Translations under genes and position numbers: made by a program
Part shown: positions 26,330-41,033 of the stretch, piece by piece
How positions within the stretch are numbered: the stretch's first letter is position 1
Layout: every line of letters begins with the position of its first letter
From: Octopus vulgaris
Taxonomy: Eukaryota
DNA length: 64,000 nucleotides
Direction of reading: 5' to 3'
Assembly (NCBI GenBank): GCA_951406725.2
Contig: OX597831.1
Coordinates: 2,976,001-3,040,000 of the forward strand
Notes under the pieces: generated by a model
Told to the model about the DNA's origin: nothing
What the model saw: only the letters and a program-made list of their open reading frames with translations
The model's database searches: none

Positions 26330-26940
26330 GCATGAACAGGTCAAATTGTACAAGTATCTTGGAAACCCAAGTCTTTGATGACGTCACATGTTAAGAAAGA
26401 AATTAGGACTTGACAAGCCATGGTAAGAACATCCATGGAGAAGCTTGATAGAATCTGGAATAGTAAAAGTGTCCCTTCTCAGTTAAAAACAAGGCCTGTA
26501 CAAGCTCTCATTTGGCCAATAAGCATCTACGCTTTTGAGGCATGGACCCTGAATAAATTTGAAGAGAATATAATCAATGCATTTGAAATGTGGGAGTATA
26601 GAAGAATGTCATGAGTCAATTGGACAAATGAGTAGGTATTATAACAAGTAGGTGAAAGACGACAACTGCTGAACATTGTGCAAAAAACAAAAGCTCATCT
26701 ATTAAGGCCATATTCAAAGAAACAGAGGTCTGGAATAGATTATCATGGAAGGAAGAGTGGAGGGTGGTGGATCAAAAGGCAGGCAAAGAATGTAATGGCT
26801 GGACAATATCTTGAGCTGGTTGGACAAGAGTGGCCAGGCAACTGGAGAACTTGTGCTTACTTGGGAAGAATTTCATCGTTGTATTGTGAATGTGCTACAG
26901 GTGTATGATATATGAGGATAATGATGAGGATGATAATGGG
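26330..26940 (+). pseudogene. RTE-clade LINE 3' ORF remnant
   Basis: IWNSKSV..LKTR.VQALIWPI..YAFEAWTL...I.AFEMWEYRRM and downstream MEGRVEG/WLDNI-like motifs; disrupted; (GAT)-like tail. Confidence 0.8.
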
Positions 26941-28326
26941 TTGATGGAACTTTTTGAGGAATTGTTGAATGCCTTTCCCAGTACCCACATTTATGATATG
27001 CAGAGGTCAGTGTACCTATTCTAATACCTGAACTATACACAGCAGTAAACTGATGTTCAATCTAGCTGTGAAAGAGCCTTAGTGTAGTCACTCAACTTGC
27101 AAGAAATAGCAGCCAAATCTCCAGATCTAATGTGTTATCTGAGAAGTTAGCTATTATTTGGTAGCAAATTTTTTGAATATTCCTGTCAAGTCATTTCTGA
27201 ATTTATCCATGGTATAACCGTTCATGTTGTTTGATATTACCAAGCCATTCCCCCCTCACTCAACAGACCTGAGATATGATATGAGGCTCCTTTATGAATA
27301 TCAACAATAAATAAACCTGAAAGTCCAGCCACTTTTGTCCTGTCATAGCTTCCCATGGAGACATCGAACAGTAGGTCTTTATATTTTATGACTCAGTAGA
27401 AGCCATTGTGATATAACATCCACCTTTTGGTATTTTGTTATTATTATTATTATTATTATTCTGATATCAAGGGTGTTCATTATTGTAAATTGCTTCCTGA
27501 AGTCTAGACTTACAAGAGAAGGAATTCTGACAGTGATATGAAATTGAGTGAATTTGCAGAGGGCTTTCTTTACAGTTCAGTGGAATCACTTAATTACAAT
27601 GGCACAAAAGTTCCATTAATCTAACCAGAAAGATAAAAATTACTTGAAAAATATATTCAAGGAATTTGGCTTAAATATAACTACTCCAAACCTAACAATA
27701 ATGATATTATATTACCTTAGCTCAGAAGACAGGTAGACATTACCATTCAGGAATGAAACTGGAAAGACCATATATATCAATAAGAAAGCCATCCATCCAC
27801 ATTTATGATTAAGGCCCTTATAACAGGTATAAATAGAATCTCCAGCTTGTTCTCCGGCAGAAGGTTTTCAATAAAGTGGTACAGTACAGGGGGTCAATAG
27901 GAGCAACTTTGGTGAGAAACCAATAGGAATCAAGCTTACCAATGACCTACCTATCATGTCATATGTGGCTAAAATCTCATTTATGGCAACCTAGCCTTCA
28001 AGTCAAAAATGGCTAAAATTTCATTCATGGCAAATGTTTGAATGATTATTCACGTGTTTCACGTGCCCATGAAATTTTGACTCAAAGAAGGCTTAAGTCA
28101 ATAACTGAACACAATACGCCTTTATGTATAACCATCCTCCGTAGTACCCATGTACAGCTAAGTGGACTAAGCCATGTAGAGTTAAGTGTCCTTATCACAG
28201 ACACAAGGCAGCAGTAACTAACTACCATAAGACAACTAACACCTTGGTTGGTTAATACTCATGTTTTTTATTGATTTGGCAGCTATACAAAACTCTCTTA
28301 TTTACAATTAATTGCCAGTAGGAGTA

Positions 28327-28491
28327 GGCGTAGGAGTGGCTGTGTGGTAAGTAGCTTGCTTACGAACCATATGTTTCCAGGTTCAGTCCCACTGCGCGGC
28401 ACCTTGGGCAAGTGTCTTCTACTATAGCCTCGGGCCAACCAAAGCCTTCTGAGTGGATTTCATAGACAGAAACTGAAAGAAGCCCATCGTA

Positions 28492-28536
<45 letters not shown>

Positions 28537-28745
28537 ATATGTTTGTGTGTCTATGTTTGTCCCCCCCAACATTGCTTGACAACTAATGCTGGCGTATTTA
28601 TGTCCCTGTAACTTAGCTGTTCAGCAAAAGAGACCGATAGAATAAGTACTAGGCTTACAAAGAATAAGTCCTGGGGTTGATGTGCTCGACTAAAGGCGGT
28701 GCTCCAGCATGGCTATAGTCAAATGACTGAAACAAGTAAAAGAGT
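28327..28745 (+). mobile_element. SINE family B, full length (followed by an E-headed SINE to about 29020)
   Basis: Match to family B. Confidence 0.9.
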
Positions 28746-29389
28746 AATAGTGAGGGCACATGGCTTAGTGGTTAGGGCGTTGCACTCAGAATCATGAGAT
28801 TGTGGTTTCAATTCCTGGACTGGGTGGTGCATTGTTTTCTTGAGCAAAACACTTCATTTCATGTTGTTCTGCAGTCAGATGCAGCATATTGTGCACTTGC
28901 ACATGCAGTGTCGATTCGATTGAGTGATGACGAGATTGCACTAATATACAGCATAAAAGTTTGACCACAATCAACAAAATATCTCACGCAGGTTATTCAG
29001 TGAGAAATTGTGTGATTATCTTACTCAGAGTCAAGAAACTACCAACAGCCAATAATACACAGATATTAACTACAATATCCCTAAATTCTGGGTCCAGAAA
29101 TAAATCCTTAAGTCACCATTGTGTCATTAGATACCATAACAACATTTAAAAGGCATTTTTAAATGGTGGTGATGGTGGTAGTTGCAATGGCAGCGGTATT
29201 GGCAAAGGTGGTGATGATGATGATGATGGTGATGATGCATCTATGTGTGTCTTTATTGTCACGGTAGTTCTTTGAAAAGGAATACGATTGTCTTTGAGCT
29301 TGGGAGTTATTAGTATGTGTCCATGTACAAGCGGCAAATAACTTCTGTCAGTGAGGGTAGAGCAGTTCAAAAATGAGAGCAGATTTTGA

Positions 29390-29800
29390 CATTTGGGTTC
29401 AGTAACTTCTCTTCTTCTCTCCCTCCTGGTCTCACAATATTCTCAATGTCATCATTTAAAGTGATTCACTCTTTGATGAATGAGAAAACTCCAGGCTTTC
29501 CTATCAGAAGAGAAAGCTTCTCTGTAGTTCACACAAATGTTGCCATTTATAAATGCTGCCTATAGGATGTTCTTGGAGTGTATTTCAGCTGTCCTTCTTT
29601 CATCCATTTTCCTTTTCTCAGTTCATTGTAGAAGATTTGCTTGAAGAATTCAATTGTCCTTCAATCAAAGTATTTGTGTCAACCTTGCCATAGACAATTC
29701 TCGGCAGTTACTGGTGGTTTAGCATTCTTCAAAGATGTTAACCAAACATAATCGTATCATCACTAATACCTTTTTGCAACAGAAGAACTGCTACAAAACT
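29390..29800 (-). pseudogene. RTE-clade LINE C-terminal remnant
   Basis: Minus strand encodes KQIFYNELRKGK..GQ, the typical RTE C-terminal motif; heavily decayed. Confidence 0.55.
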
Positions 29801-29829
29801 TCCTGGTAACTTCCAAAATGATTACACTT

Positions 29830-31080
29830 TGCTTAAATATTTGTCAAGTCTTGAAATGATGAATATGAGGAAAGCCTATCAGAAAAGCAAGACTCTAATA
29901 CAGAAAACAACCTGTGTGTTAAAAGACTAAAGATTGATGGAGAAGACTAAAGAGATTTAACGTCAAGTCGATGCCAATGTTTATGACAATTCTTCTACAA
30001 AGGCCATCTAAGGCTTCTCATTGGTTGACTGATAGTTACCTCAAAGCTGAGATGGTACAACACTTAAAAATCTAATGCCCCAGATCAACCAGTGCTATTG
30101 AAGAACCAAATATCTCCTAAATTGCTATCCAAAAAATTGATAAAGATGCTGTTTATAAACACATCTCCTTCAGACCTATTGATGAGCGGCGAGCTGGCAG
30201 AGACGTTAGCACGCCGGGCGAAATGCGTAGCCGTATTTCGTCTGCCATTACGTTCTGAGTTCAAATTCCGCCAAGGTCGACTTTGCCTTTCATCCTTCTG
30301 GGGTCAATTAAATAAGTACCAGTTACGCACTGAGGTTGATGTAACTGACTTAATCCCTTTGTCTGTCCTTGTTTGTCCCCTCTGTGTTTAGCCCCTTGTG
30401 GATAGTAAAGAAATATATTATTAGGGTCTCAAAGAAGATGGCTGAAGTCTTCAAGAATGGAGGAACAATACTTTAACTCCTTTACCAGCATGTTTCATAC
30501 GATCTAAGTGATGCAATATTGTCACTTGTACTAAAAGAAAGGTGACAGGTTGGACTATAACAACTACAGAGGGACCTCACTCATATCCATTATTGGAAAG
30601 GTTCTAGCCAGTTTTCTTAATCGTTGGGTTAAACCACTAGCTCAGAAGATTGTACATGAGACTCAAAGGTGATTTTTTTCTTTTACCATCAAAAATAGGA
30701 ACTTTTTGCTTTTGCTTGCCAGCTCTAAGAGAAGTGCTGTAAACAGTTTCAGTTCCTCTGGATAGTTTTTATAGACCATTTCAAGATTTTCAACAGTATC
30801 TCACATGGTCTTCTTTGGAAGATATTTTTTAATGTTCTGTTGAGTTTGTCAAGATCCTAAGCTTTTCAATTTGACATCATCACTGCCAGTGGTCCAGACT
30901 AGCAGAAGCCCAACAGACTCCTTAGGTATTAACTCCAGATTCAAACAGGATCATGACATCACCACAATGTTTTTTATCATATTCATTGTAGCTACCATAC
31001 ACATTGTTAAACCTAAACATCTCCTGGGAATTAGCATCAAATACATAACAAACAGGAGGCAATTCTGATGCTATTGTCTT
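29830..31080 (+). pseudogene. RTE-clade LINE linker/RT remnant (family A SINE nested at 30186-30413)
   Basis: KGDRLDYNNYRGTSL.SIIGKVLA and KPLAQKIVHETQ RT N-terminal motifs at about 30530-30670; many frameshifts. Confidence 0.7.
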
Positions 31081-31757
31081 GTGCAAACTTCATGTGTCAG
31101 AGTGGCTGTTCCAGCACATCTACCTTGCCCTCTCCCAGGGCAATGTCTTTTCCATTTTGTCTGCTGGGTCCATGAGGAAGTCTGAATTATGAGAAATTGT
31201 ACTTTCCACTTCCTAATGTAAAGTTACCCCAAATAAATTGCTCTCATTATGTCAAACATAGCTAACATCTGCGACTGACCTTCGTTAATCTAATGATACC
31301 CATGGAAGAAATCTTTGAGACATCCACCTGGGTACATAATTTTGTGTAAAGAAGCTGAGATTTATGAGGGATGTGCAAGACATGCACAAAGATGCAGTCA
31401 GCAAGCTGTGATATGGTCAGGCCTTTGAATTACAAGCACAATCCAGAGAGAGACAGAGGAGAGAGAGAGGAGAAAGAGACAGAGGAGAGAGAGACAGAGA
31501 GGAATTTATCCCAGCACTGGACTGCTGCTTTATTTATCAAACCCAAAACTATGAAAGGCAAAGTTGACTTCAGTAAGTTCTGAACTCAAAGCACAGAGTG
31601 TCAGAATAAATCCTAACAATAATTATGCAGAGCCATCATCAAAAATAAGCAAATAATGTAGGAGAACAGATGGGATGGTAGGAACTAGAAGATCTTTGAT
31701 CGTGGCTTTAAGGATCCATACTAACCTGTGGCTAAATAAAAACTTTAAGGATTAGAG

Positions 31758-32356
31758 CAGTGGTTCTCAACTGGGGTTCATATTCCTCTTGAGGGTCCAT
31801 GTAAGATTTTGTTGTTAAAGTCTATGTGCAATGAATCAGTTACCAACCACATGGTTCTGGGTTCAGTCCCACAGCATGGCACCTTAAGCAAGTGCCTTCT
31901 TGATCTGACCAAAGCCTTGTGAGTGGATTTGGTAGATGGAAACTGAAAGAAGCTGTCATGTATATGTACTTGTGTGTGTGTGTGTTTGTTTGTTTGTTTG
32001 CATTTGTCTCTCACCCCCACTTGACAACTGGTGTTGGTTTATCTATGTCCACATAACATTAGCAGTTTGGTCAGAAGTACCAAGCTTTAAAAAATTAAGT
32101 ACTGGGGTCGATTCATTTGACAAAAATTTCTTCAAGGTGGTGCCCCAGCATGGCCACAGTCTAATGACTGAAACAGACAAAAGATAAAAAATAAGACAAA
32201 TACACAATACCTTGACAAATTTTTTATACAATTCCTAATAATATTTAATTATGAAAATATAATGAGATTTTTTAAGCATCAAATGGTTATGAGAGTCCAT
32301 CTTAGTAAAACAGGAATCAAAGGGGTCCCCAGGGCAAAAAATGGTTGAGAGTTATG
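31758..32356. mobile_element. hAT/Charlie-like MITE interrupted by a family B SINE (about 31840-32190)
   Basis: Starts CAGTGGTTCTCAAC; ends ..AAAAATGGTTGAGAG. Confidence 0.65.
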
Positions 32357-33428
32357 TGATTAGAGGAATAAAGATGCAACGATCATGATTTTTCCCAATT
32401 GCATTAATAGAGTAAGGTGAAGAAACAGCATCAGAGAATTGAACCCACATTGCCAATTCTGTTTGCGTACATCTCAACATCTGTGTAATGGAGTTTATCG
32501 TTATCTTCTTTCTATCTATGAAATTAAACACATTTCAGAAAGCGAAAAAAAAAAAAAAAAAAAAAAGAAAGAAGTCAGTGACAGAGAAAAACATATCAAG
32601 GGCTTGAGTTAAATTGCTGACCTGAATATCAAAATAAGGTTGATTGCTAATATTCACTGAAAGTGTCATGAAAATGCAAACAAGTATGGCATTTAGAGTT
32701 ACAGATTTTCACTTTTTGATATTTTTTCACCTGATCAATCATTCTACAAGTCTTATTTTGTCAAGAACACAACTGCTGTTTTCGATGAAAAGAGGTTTGA
32801 ACAAGAAGGGAAATAAAAAGGTCAGGATTTTCATTGGTCATGACTCAATTCAACTCAAATCTGATTGGCTGAATTTGACAATTTTATGATGTGTTTGTTG
32901 TTTTTATTTTTTAAAATTCTAAAAATTTCATTTTACTATTATTTTCTTCTTTAAATATATTTTTCTGAAATACTTTTATGGAATCAATGATGAAGAGTTT
33001 GTTGCTGTGTTTAGTTTTCTTAATTTCGTATTGGTTTTATATCAGAAGATTTTGCTGTAGCAGAATTTATTTATTTATGTAGTTTTCTTGCAATGATGGA
33101 TGCTCAAGAATTTTAATCTCTTTTGGTTTTTGGTTCAAGTTAAGGAATTAGACCTTGGCTTTTTCTATAAACACATTTCACTGGAAGAAATGGATTTTGT
33201 AGATTCCTGGTAACAAATGAATTTATTGAGGCAAATGACAATTTCTTGTAAACAGTGAATTGTAAACCCTTCAGGAAATATTCCAAAATTTAATCCTTTA
33301 TAAATATACAAGGTCATGAACTGGTTGAAGAATATACAGCTATCAGAGCTGAGTTTAAAATCTCAAAAAGAACATGTTTCTACTAAACATATACATAGAA
33401 ACATGCATATATATATATATATATATAT

Positions 33429-33497
<69 letters not shown>

Positions 33498-33546
33498 TAG
33501 AGAGAGAGGTGGGGATAGATAGATAGATAGAGTGCTAGATAGATTT

Positions 33547-33957
33547 GGCGGCAAGCTGACAGAAATGTTAGCATACCAGACGAAGTGCTTAGTGGCATTT
33601 TGTCTGTTGTTACGTTCTGAGTTCAAATTCCGCCGAGGTCGACTTTGTCTTTCCTCCTTTCAGGGCTGATTAAATAAGTACCAGATACCCAATGGGGTCG
33701 ATATAATCGACTTAATCCATTTGTCTGTCCTTGTTTGTACCTTGTGTTTAGCCCCTTGTGGGTAGTAAAGAAATAAGTATTTCGTCTGCTGTTACGTTCT
33801 GAGTTCAAATTCCGCCGAGGTCAACTTTGCCTTTCATCCTTTCGGGGTTGATTAAATAAGTACCAGTTAAACACTGGGGTCGATATAATCAACTTAATCC
33901 ATTTGTCTCTCCTTCTTTGTCCGCTCTGTGTGTAGCCCCTTGTGGGCAGTAAAGAAT
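33547..33957 (+). mobile_element. Family A dimer in (GATA)n
   Basis: Full A followed by a second A unit starting at GTATTTCGTCTG. Confidence 0.9.
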
Positions 33958-34210
33958 TGAGATAGAGTGATAGATAGAAAGATAGATAAATTCTTTTTGT
34001 TTATTCTATTATTTGTTTCAGTCATAAGACTGTGGCCATGCTGGGGCACCGCCTTGAGGAATTTTAATTGATCCCAGGACATATTTTGAAGCCTGGTACT
34101 AACTCTATCATTCTCTTAGGCCAAACTGCTAAGTTATGGGGATGTAAAAACATCCAACACCAGTTGTCAAGCAGTGGTGGGGGACAAACACACAAACACA
34201 CACACACAGA

Positions 34211-34309
<99 letters not shown>

Positions 34310-34539
34310 ACACTCTTATGAAGGTATATACGAATATCTTTTATCTTTTACTTGTTTCAGTATTGGACTGCGGTCATGCTGGAGTACCACCTTGTAGGGT
34401 TTAGTCAAAACAAATCAACATAGGTGCTTATGTTTTTTAAAGCCTGGTATTTATTTTATTGAGCTTCTTTGCCAAACTGCAAGATTACAGGATGTAAACA
34501 AACCAACACTGGCTGTCAAGCAGCCATGCCTGTGTTTCT

Positions 34540-34639
<100 letters not shown>

Positions 34640-34648
34640 ACAAACACG

Positions 34649-35220
34649 CAGGGTGTGGTGAATAAATTGTCGTCTAAATTACACAGAAATTAATATATCA
34701 CTGACATCTCATTTTAACAGATATATTTACCAAAATTACATAAAAATGTCTTGAAATACTAAAGAATAAATTTATTCAATAAAATCCCCATTGGCTTCAA
34801 CCATGGCTTCCAGACAACTTTGGAATTTCCTGTAACTCTTCTGGACAGTCTCCTTGTTTAAGTTGGTGAACGCTGCCATAATCCTTGACTTCAGTTCATC
34901 TTTGGTGTTACAAGGAGTTTTGTTGGTCTCTTGCTTAACTGTGCCCTACACATAATAATCAAGGGGTTGCAGTCCGGGGAGTTAGGTAGCTTGATATTAG
35001 GGGTGATTTGGCTGCAGAAATTGTCTGACAGCCATGACTGAGCTCTCCTGCTTGTGTGGCAAAGTTCAGGGTCCTGTTGCCAGACAGAGGGTCTTCCAGC
35101 AGCCACCCTCTTGACCCAGGGCAGCACTATCTCCTCCAGGTACTTAATGTAGGACTCCATATTGAGTCTGAGGCCATGTGGGAAGATGAATGGAGGTATA
35201 ACGTTGCCACCACTAGTGAT
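34649..35220 (-). pseudogene. maT/DD37D-type Tc1/mariner transposase remnant (3' half with TIR)
   Basis: YIKYLEEIVLPWVK...VWQQDP..CHTS..SWLSDNF..ITPNI..PNSPDCNPL; terminus CAGGGTG. Confidence 0.8.
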
Positions 35221-35231
35221 ATATATGTATG

Positions 35232-35264
<33 letters not shown>

Positions 35265-36404
35265 GTGTGTGTATATGTGTGTGTATGTGTGTGTATGTGT
35301 GTGTGTGTGTGTATAAATATATATATATATGATAGACTTATTTGGTTGTTAGGTTTCCATCAACCTAATCCACTTGCAATGCTTGGTTGTTGCAGGGGCC
35401 ATAGTAAGAGAGTATTTACCCAAGATTCCACACAGTGGTACTGAACCCAAAAGCAACAACATCCTTGGGAAGCAAACACATTAATCCACACAGCCTTGCT
35501 TGCACTTAGTATGCTCAGAAAATTTTCCCTCCAAAATCAGTGGAGTAGGCAGTTCAATTGATTGAACATCTGGATATAACGCATCATCAAAATCAATGAA
35601 GAGCCATTACGTACGTAATATATTTATGCAGACATTGAAGAGAGGAAATCTGTAAGTCTAAATAATGTACTTGCCAGAGTTTCCAGTGACACTTTCAGTA
35701 AAAATTATCAATCGAACTTATCTAATTTATTTTGTGCAGCAAAAAAAAAAAAAAGAAGAAAAATGCAAGCTCAATATACTCTGTTGTAGGAAGTGAGTAG
35801 AATCTGATATATCTTTTATCTTTTATCTTTTGCTTGTTTTAGTCATTTGGCTGCGGCCATGCTGGGGCACCGTCTTTAGTTGAAAGATTTTTAGTTGACC
35901 GAATCAACCCCAGGACTTAAATTGTTTTAAAGCCTATACTCTATTACTCTTTTACTCGTTTCAGTCATTTGACTGCAGCCATGCTGGAGCACTGCCTTTA
36001 GTCGTGCAAATCGATCCCAGGACTTATTCTTTGTAAGCCTAGTACTTATTCTATTGGTCTCTTTTGCCAAACTGCTAAGTTAGGGGGACGTAAACACACC
36101 TCTTTCTCTCCACTCCTCTTTCCTCTCCTTTCTCTCTCCTCTCCTCTCTCTCACCTCCCTCTTTCTTTTTCCTCTTTCTCTCTCCTTTCTTTTCTCTCTC
36201 CTCTCCTTTCTGTCTCCACTCCTCTCTCTCTCCTCTCCTCTCTCTCTCTCCTCATCTCTCTCTCTCTCCCCTCTCTCTTCGCTCTTATTAGTATAGTCAT
36301 GTATTCTCCTTTACTGCAAGCACCTATTTCTGCCCCTCCATTCATACACTAATCTCTCATCACCTGGCTCAGAGCCACCTTCCTCAATACTTACCCCACA
36401 TCTC

Positions 36405-36680
36405 AGTTGAGGGGAGGATCTTGTCATGTAAAGTTATTTGGCAACCTCACTGGTACCAGTGCCACACACAAAAAAAATGTAAAAATAGCCAGTGCCTTCT
36501 GTAAAATAGTTTGTATTAGGAAGGGCATCCGGCCATACAAACCATTCCAAAGCAAACTGCCAAGCTTCACACAGTCTTCTAATTTGCCAATTCCTGTCAA
36601 ACCACCCAATCCATACCAGCATGGAAAATGGATGTTAAATGATAACAACAACAATGATGATGATGATGATGATGATGATG
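36405..36680 (+). mobile_element. Family C retroposon, diverged
   Basis: TTAGGAAGGGCATCCGGCC...CAGCATGGAA..(GAT)n. Confidence 0.7.
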
Positions 36681-36741
36681 ATAACAATGAGAGCAACAAC
36701 CATGATAATGATGATAATATTTAGCTCTAGGTCAGCTCTGA

Positions 36742-36907
36742 TCATCATCATCATCATCATCATCGTTTAGCATCCGCTTTCCATGCTAGCATGGGTTGGA
36801 CGGTTCAACTGGGGTCTGGGGAGCCAGAAGGCTGCACCAGGCCCAGTTTGATCTGGCAATGTTTCTACGGCTGGATGCCTTCCTAACGCCAACCTCTCCG
36901 TGAGTGT
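36742..36907 (-). mobile_element. 5'-truncated family C retroposon
   Basis: Match to family C; its 5' end abuts the tRNA trailer. Confidence 0.9.
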
Positions 36908-36924
36908 AAAAAGGTAGCAGTCAT

Positions 36925-36997
36925 CAACCCTGGTGGGATTCGAACCCACAACCTCTGGATTAGAAGTCCAGCGTGCTATCCCCTGCGCTACAGGGAC
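36925..36997 (-). tRNA. tRNA-Arg-TCT: tRNA-Arg (anticodon UCU), intronless; probably a retro-pseudogene
   Basis: GTCCCTG TA GCGC AGGGGATA GCAC G CTGGA CTTCTAA TCCAG AGGTT GTGGG TTCGAAT CCCAC CAGGGTT G (73 nt). Perfect anticodon and T stems; mismatches U2:U71 and C11:A24; T5 run 12 nt downstream. Confidence 0.85.
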
Positions 36998-37131
36998 TAC
37001 CCAATAAATAATCCAAGATATTTCAGCTATAGTCATCCTACCTAATCTATCAGGGACTATATTATCTAATGTGTCTTTGTTTGAAAAGATGGGTTATGAG
37101 GACAAGCTGTGATTTTGAGGTAATTTAGCAT

Positions 37132-37362
37132 CTATGTTTCTACAGCTGGATGCCCTTCCTAACGCCAACCACTTCGTGAGTGTAGCACCCACTACACTCA
37201 CGAAGTGGTTGGCGTTAGGAAGGGCATCCAGCTGTAGAAACATAGCCAGATAAGACTGGAGCCTGGTGCAGCCTTCTGGCTCCCCAGACCCCAGTTGAAC
37301 CGTCCAACCCATGCTAGCATGGAGAACGGACATTAAACGATGATGATGATGATGATGATGAT
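37132..37362 (+). mobile_element. Family C retroposon with perfect 54-bp 5' fold-back
   Basis: 37132-37185 is the exact reverse complement of 37192-37245. Confidence 0.9.
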
Positions 37363-38529
37363 TTATTACTAAAACTGGAGCGATCCCATTGAGGTTTTCT
37401 CACTGGCTTGACTGCGGTTAGTGTTCTAGTTTTCCTGTCAAGAAATCACCACGCGACATGACAACAAATAAACAGCGAGACAAGAGATAACCAGAGAAGG
37501 TGGCCAGCCACTAGAAATGTCCACATGAGATGGCAACATAAGATGGGTGAAATTAATGATCAATGTTGTCGGCCATCATATAAATGTTCAGACTGGAATC
37601 AACAATGGCAAAGAAAATTACTATTTTCAGACAATAAAAAAATAAGCGGTGAGATTAAAAACACACGTGCAAAAAAAAAAAAAAAAAAGAAAATAAACAA
37701 AAGAAAATAAACAAAAACTATAAATAAATAAATAATAATTTTCCAATTCTCCAAGCTATTTTGTTCCATTTTTGAGAATTCTTCTTTTTTTTTTTTTTTC
37801 ATCAGCAATCTAATCTGATTCCTTGCTACACACTTCTGTTGCCGATAAATGGCAAGCATAGCGGAAGCATTTGTTCAGCAGAGTTGGTTTAATTATCTCA
37901 GCATGGTTATTTCTGAGATATATGTAACACACTGAAAGAGTCACGACGAGAATTCTAGTTCTGTTCCAACAAGTAATGGCAAGAGGGCACGTGGGCAGAA
38001 GATGGGAAACGGAATGGAGTGGAAGGAAAGACCGTTTGTAAAATGCTTTTTATTCCATTGCGAGGATAATCCCAGTGAGGGTAATCCAAGTGTCATTTTG
38101 AGATGATTTTAATTAATCTGGTTTGTTAACTTTCTCGGTTAAAATATATTTCAGTGTTTGTTTTGGGGAGTTTTTATTTTTTTATATTAATGTGTGTCAT
38201 TTTTCTTCCAGTTGAAAAATTAAAAATAAAAGACTCATATAACAAAACAAACCAATTCCTGTATATTTATAAACTCAAGCTTGAACCTATTAAACACACA
38301 CACACATGCACACACACACACACACACACAAGCACACACACACACACACACAAGTACACACACACACATGCAAGCATACACACACACGCAGGCACACACA
38401 CACACTTACATCATACACACATGTATATGCATGTATGATGTAAGTGTGTGTGTGTGTGTGTGTGCCTGCATGTGTGTGTGTGTGCATGTGTGTGTGTGTG
38501 TGTATATGCATGTATGTGTATATGTATAT

Positions 38530-39510
<981 letters not shown>

Positions 39511-39912
39511 AAGAGATATATGTAAATATATACAAATATGTATATCTATATCTATATCTGTGTGTGTGTTTGTGTGTGTGTGTATGTATGCATGTGTACA
39601 TATATATACACGCATACACACACATAGCGAAATATATAGAGCTCGAGAGAAAGAAAGAGAAAGAGAGAGAAAAGTTGCCTCAGTGAATTCCTTCTGATCC
39701 ATGCTAGCATGGAAAAGCAGATGTTAAGATGCTCTGCTGCCACTGCCAATGGTATTTCAGATGATGATAATGATGGTGATAATGATGATGACGATGACGA
39801 TGATGATGATGATAACAAACATCAAAAATTTACTAGTGCCAGAAACTACAAACATACTATTAGAGTATAAAAGAATTCAACACGTTGGTAGCCAAAGGGT
39901 GTACCTACATAA

Positions 39913-39949
<37 letters not shown>

Positions 39950-40145
39950 GTATATGTCTCTCACCAGAGAACTACTTGAAACATTAGATTTTCAGACTAA
40001 TGACATCACATCTACAGGAAAATTATATGACGGAATTAAACGTCTGAAAATATATAGACAACATAGGGTGTATGTAGAGAATATCTTCATTACATGTGTG
40101 TGTGTGATTTGATTATGTAAACAGAAAAAGAAAAGAATTCATTGC

Positions 40146-40189
<44 letters not shown>

Positions 40190-40455
40190 GTATATACACA
40201 CACACACATATGTATATATATATATATGCATTGTATGTGTGTATATACACACGCACTCACACACACACATATATTATATATGTGTGTGTGTGTGTACTTA
40301 TTCTAGTGCTTATTCTACCAGTCTCTTTTGCTCAACCGCTAAGTTACAGGGACATAAAACACACCAACATTGGTTGTCAAGCAATGGCTGCAGGAAAAAC
40401 ACACACACACTCACACACATGCATAGACACACACACACATATACATACATACATA

Positions 40456-40908
40456 TGTCATTGCCAGTACCACCTGACTGGCCCTTGTGCCGGTGGCATG
40501 TAAAAGCACCCACTATACTCCCAGAGTGGTTGGTGTTAGGAAGGGCATCCAGCCATAGAAACTCTGACAGATCAGATTGGAGCCTGGTGCAGCCATCTGG
40601 TTCGTCAGTTCTCAGTCAAATCGTCCAATCCATGCTAGCATGGAAAGCGGACATTAAACGATGATGATGATATATTTAAGGCGGCGAGCTGGCAGAATCA
40701 TTAGCATGCCGGGCGAAATGCATAGCAGTATTTCGTCTGCCGTTATGTTCTGAGTTCAGATTCCGCCGACGTCGACTTTGCCTTTCATCCTTTTGGGGTC
40801 GATAAATTAAGTACCAGTTACGCACTGGGGTCGATGTAATCGACTTAATCCCTTTGTTTATCCTTGTTTGTCCCCTCTATGTTTATCCCCTTGTGGATAA
40901 TAAAGAAA
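40456..40908 (+). mobile_element. Family C retroposon followed by family A SINE (40679-40908)
   Basis: Matches to families C and A. Confidence 0.88.
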
Positions 40909-40923
40909 CAGATGATGATGATG

Positions 40924-41033
<110 letters not shown>

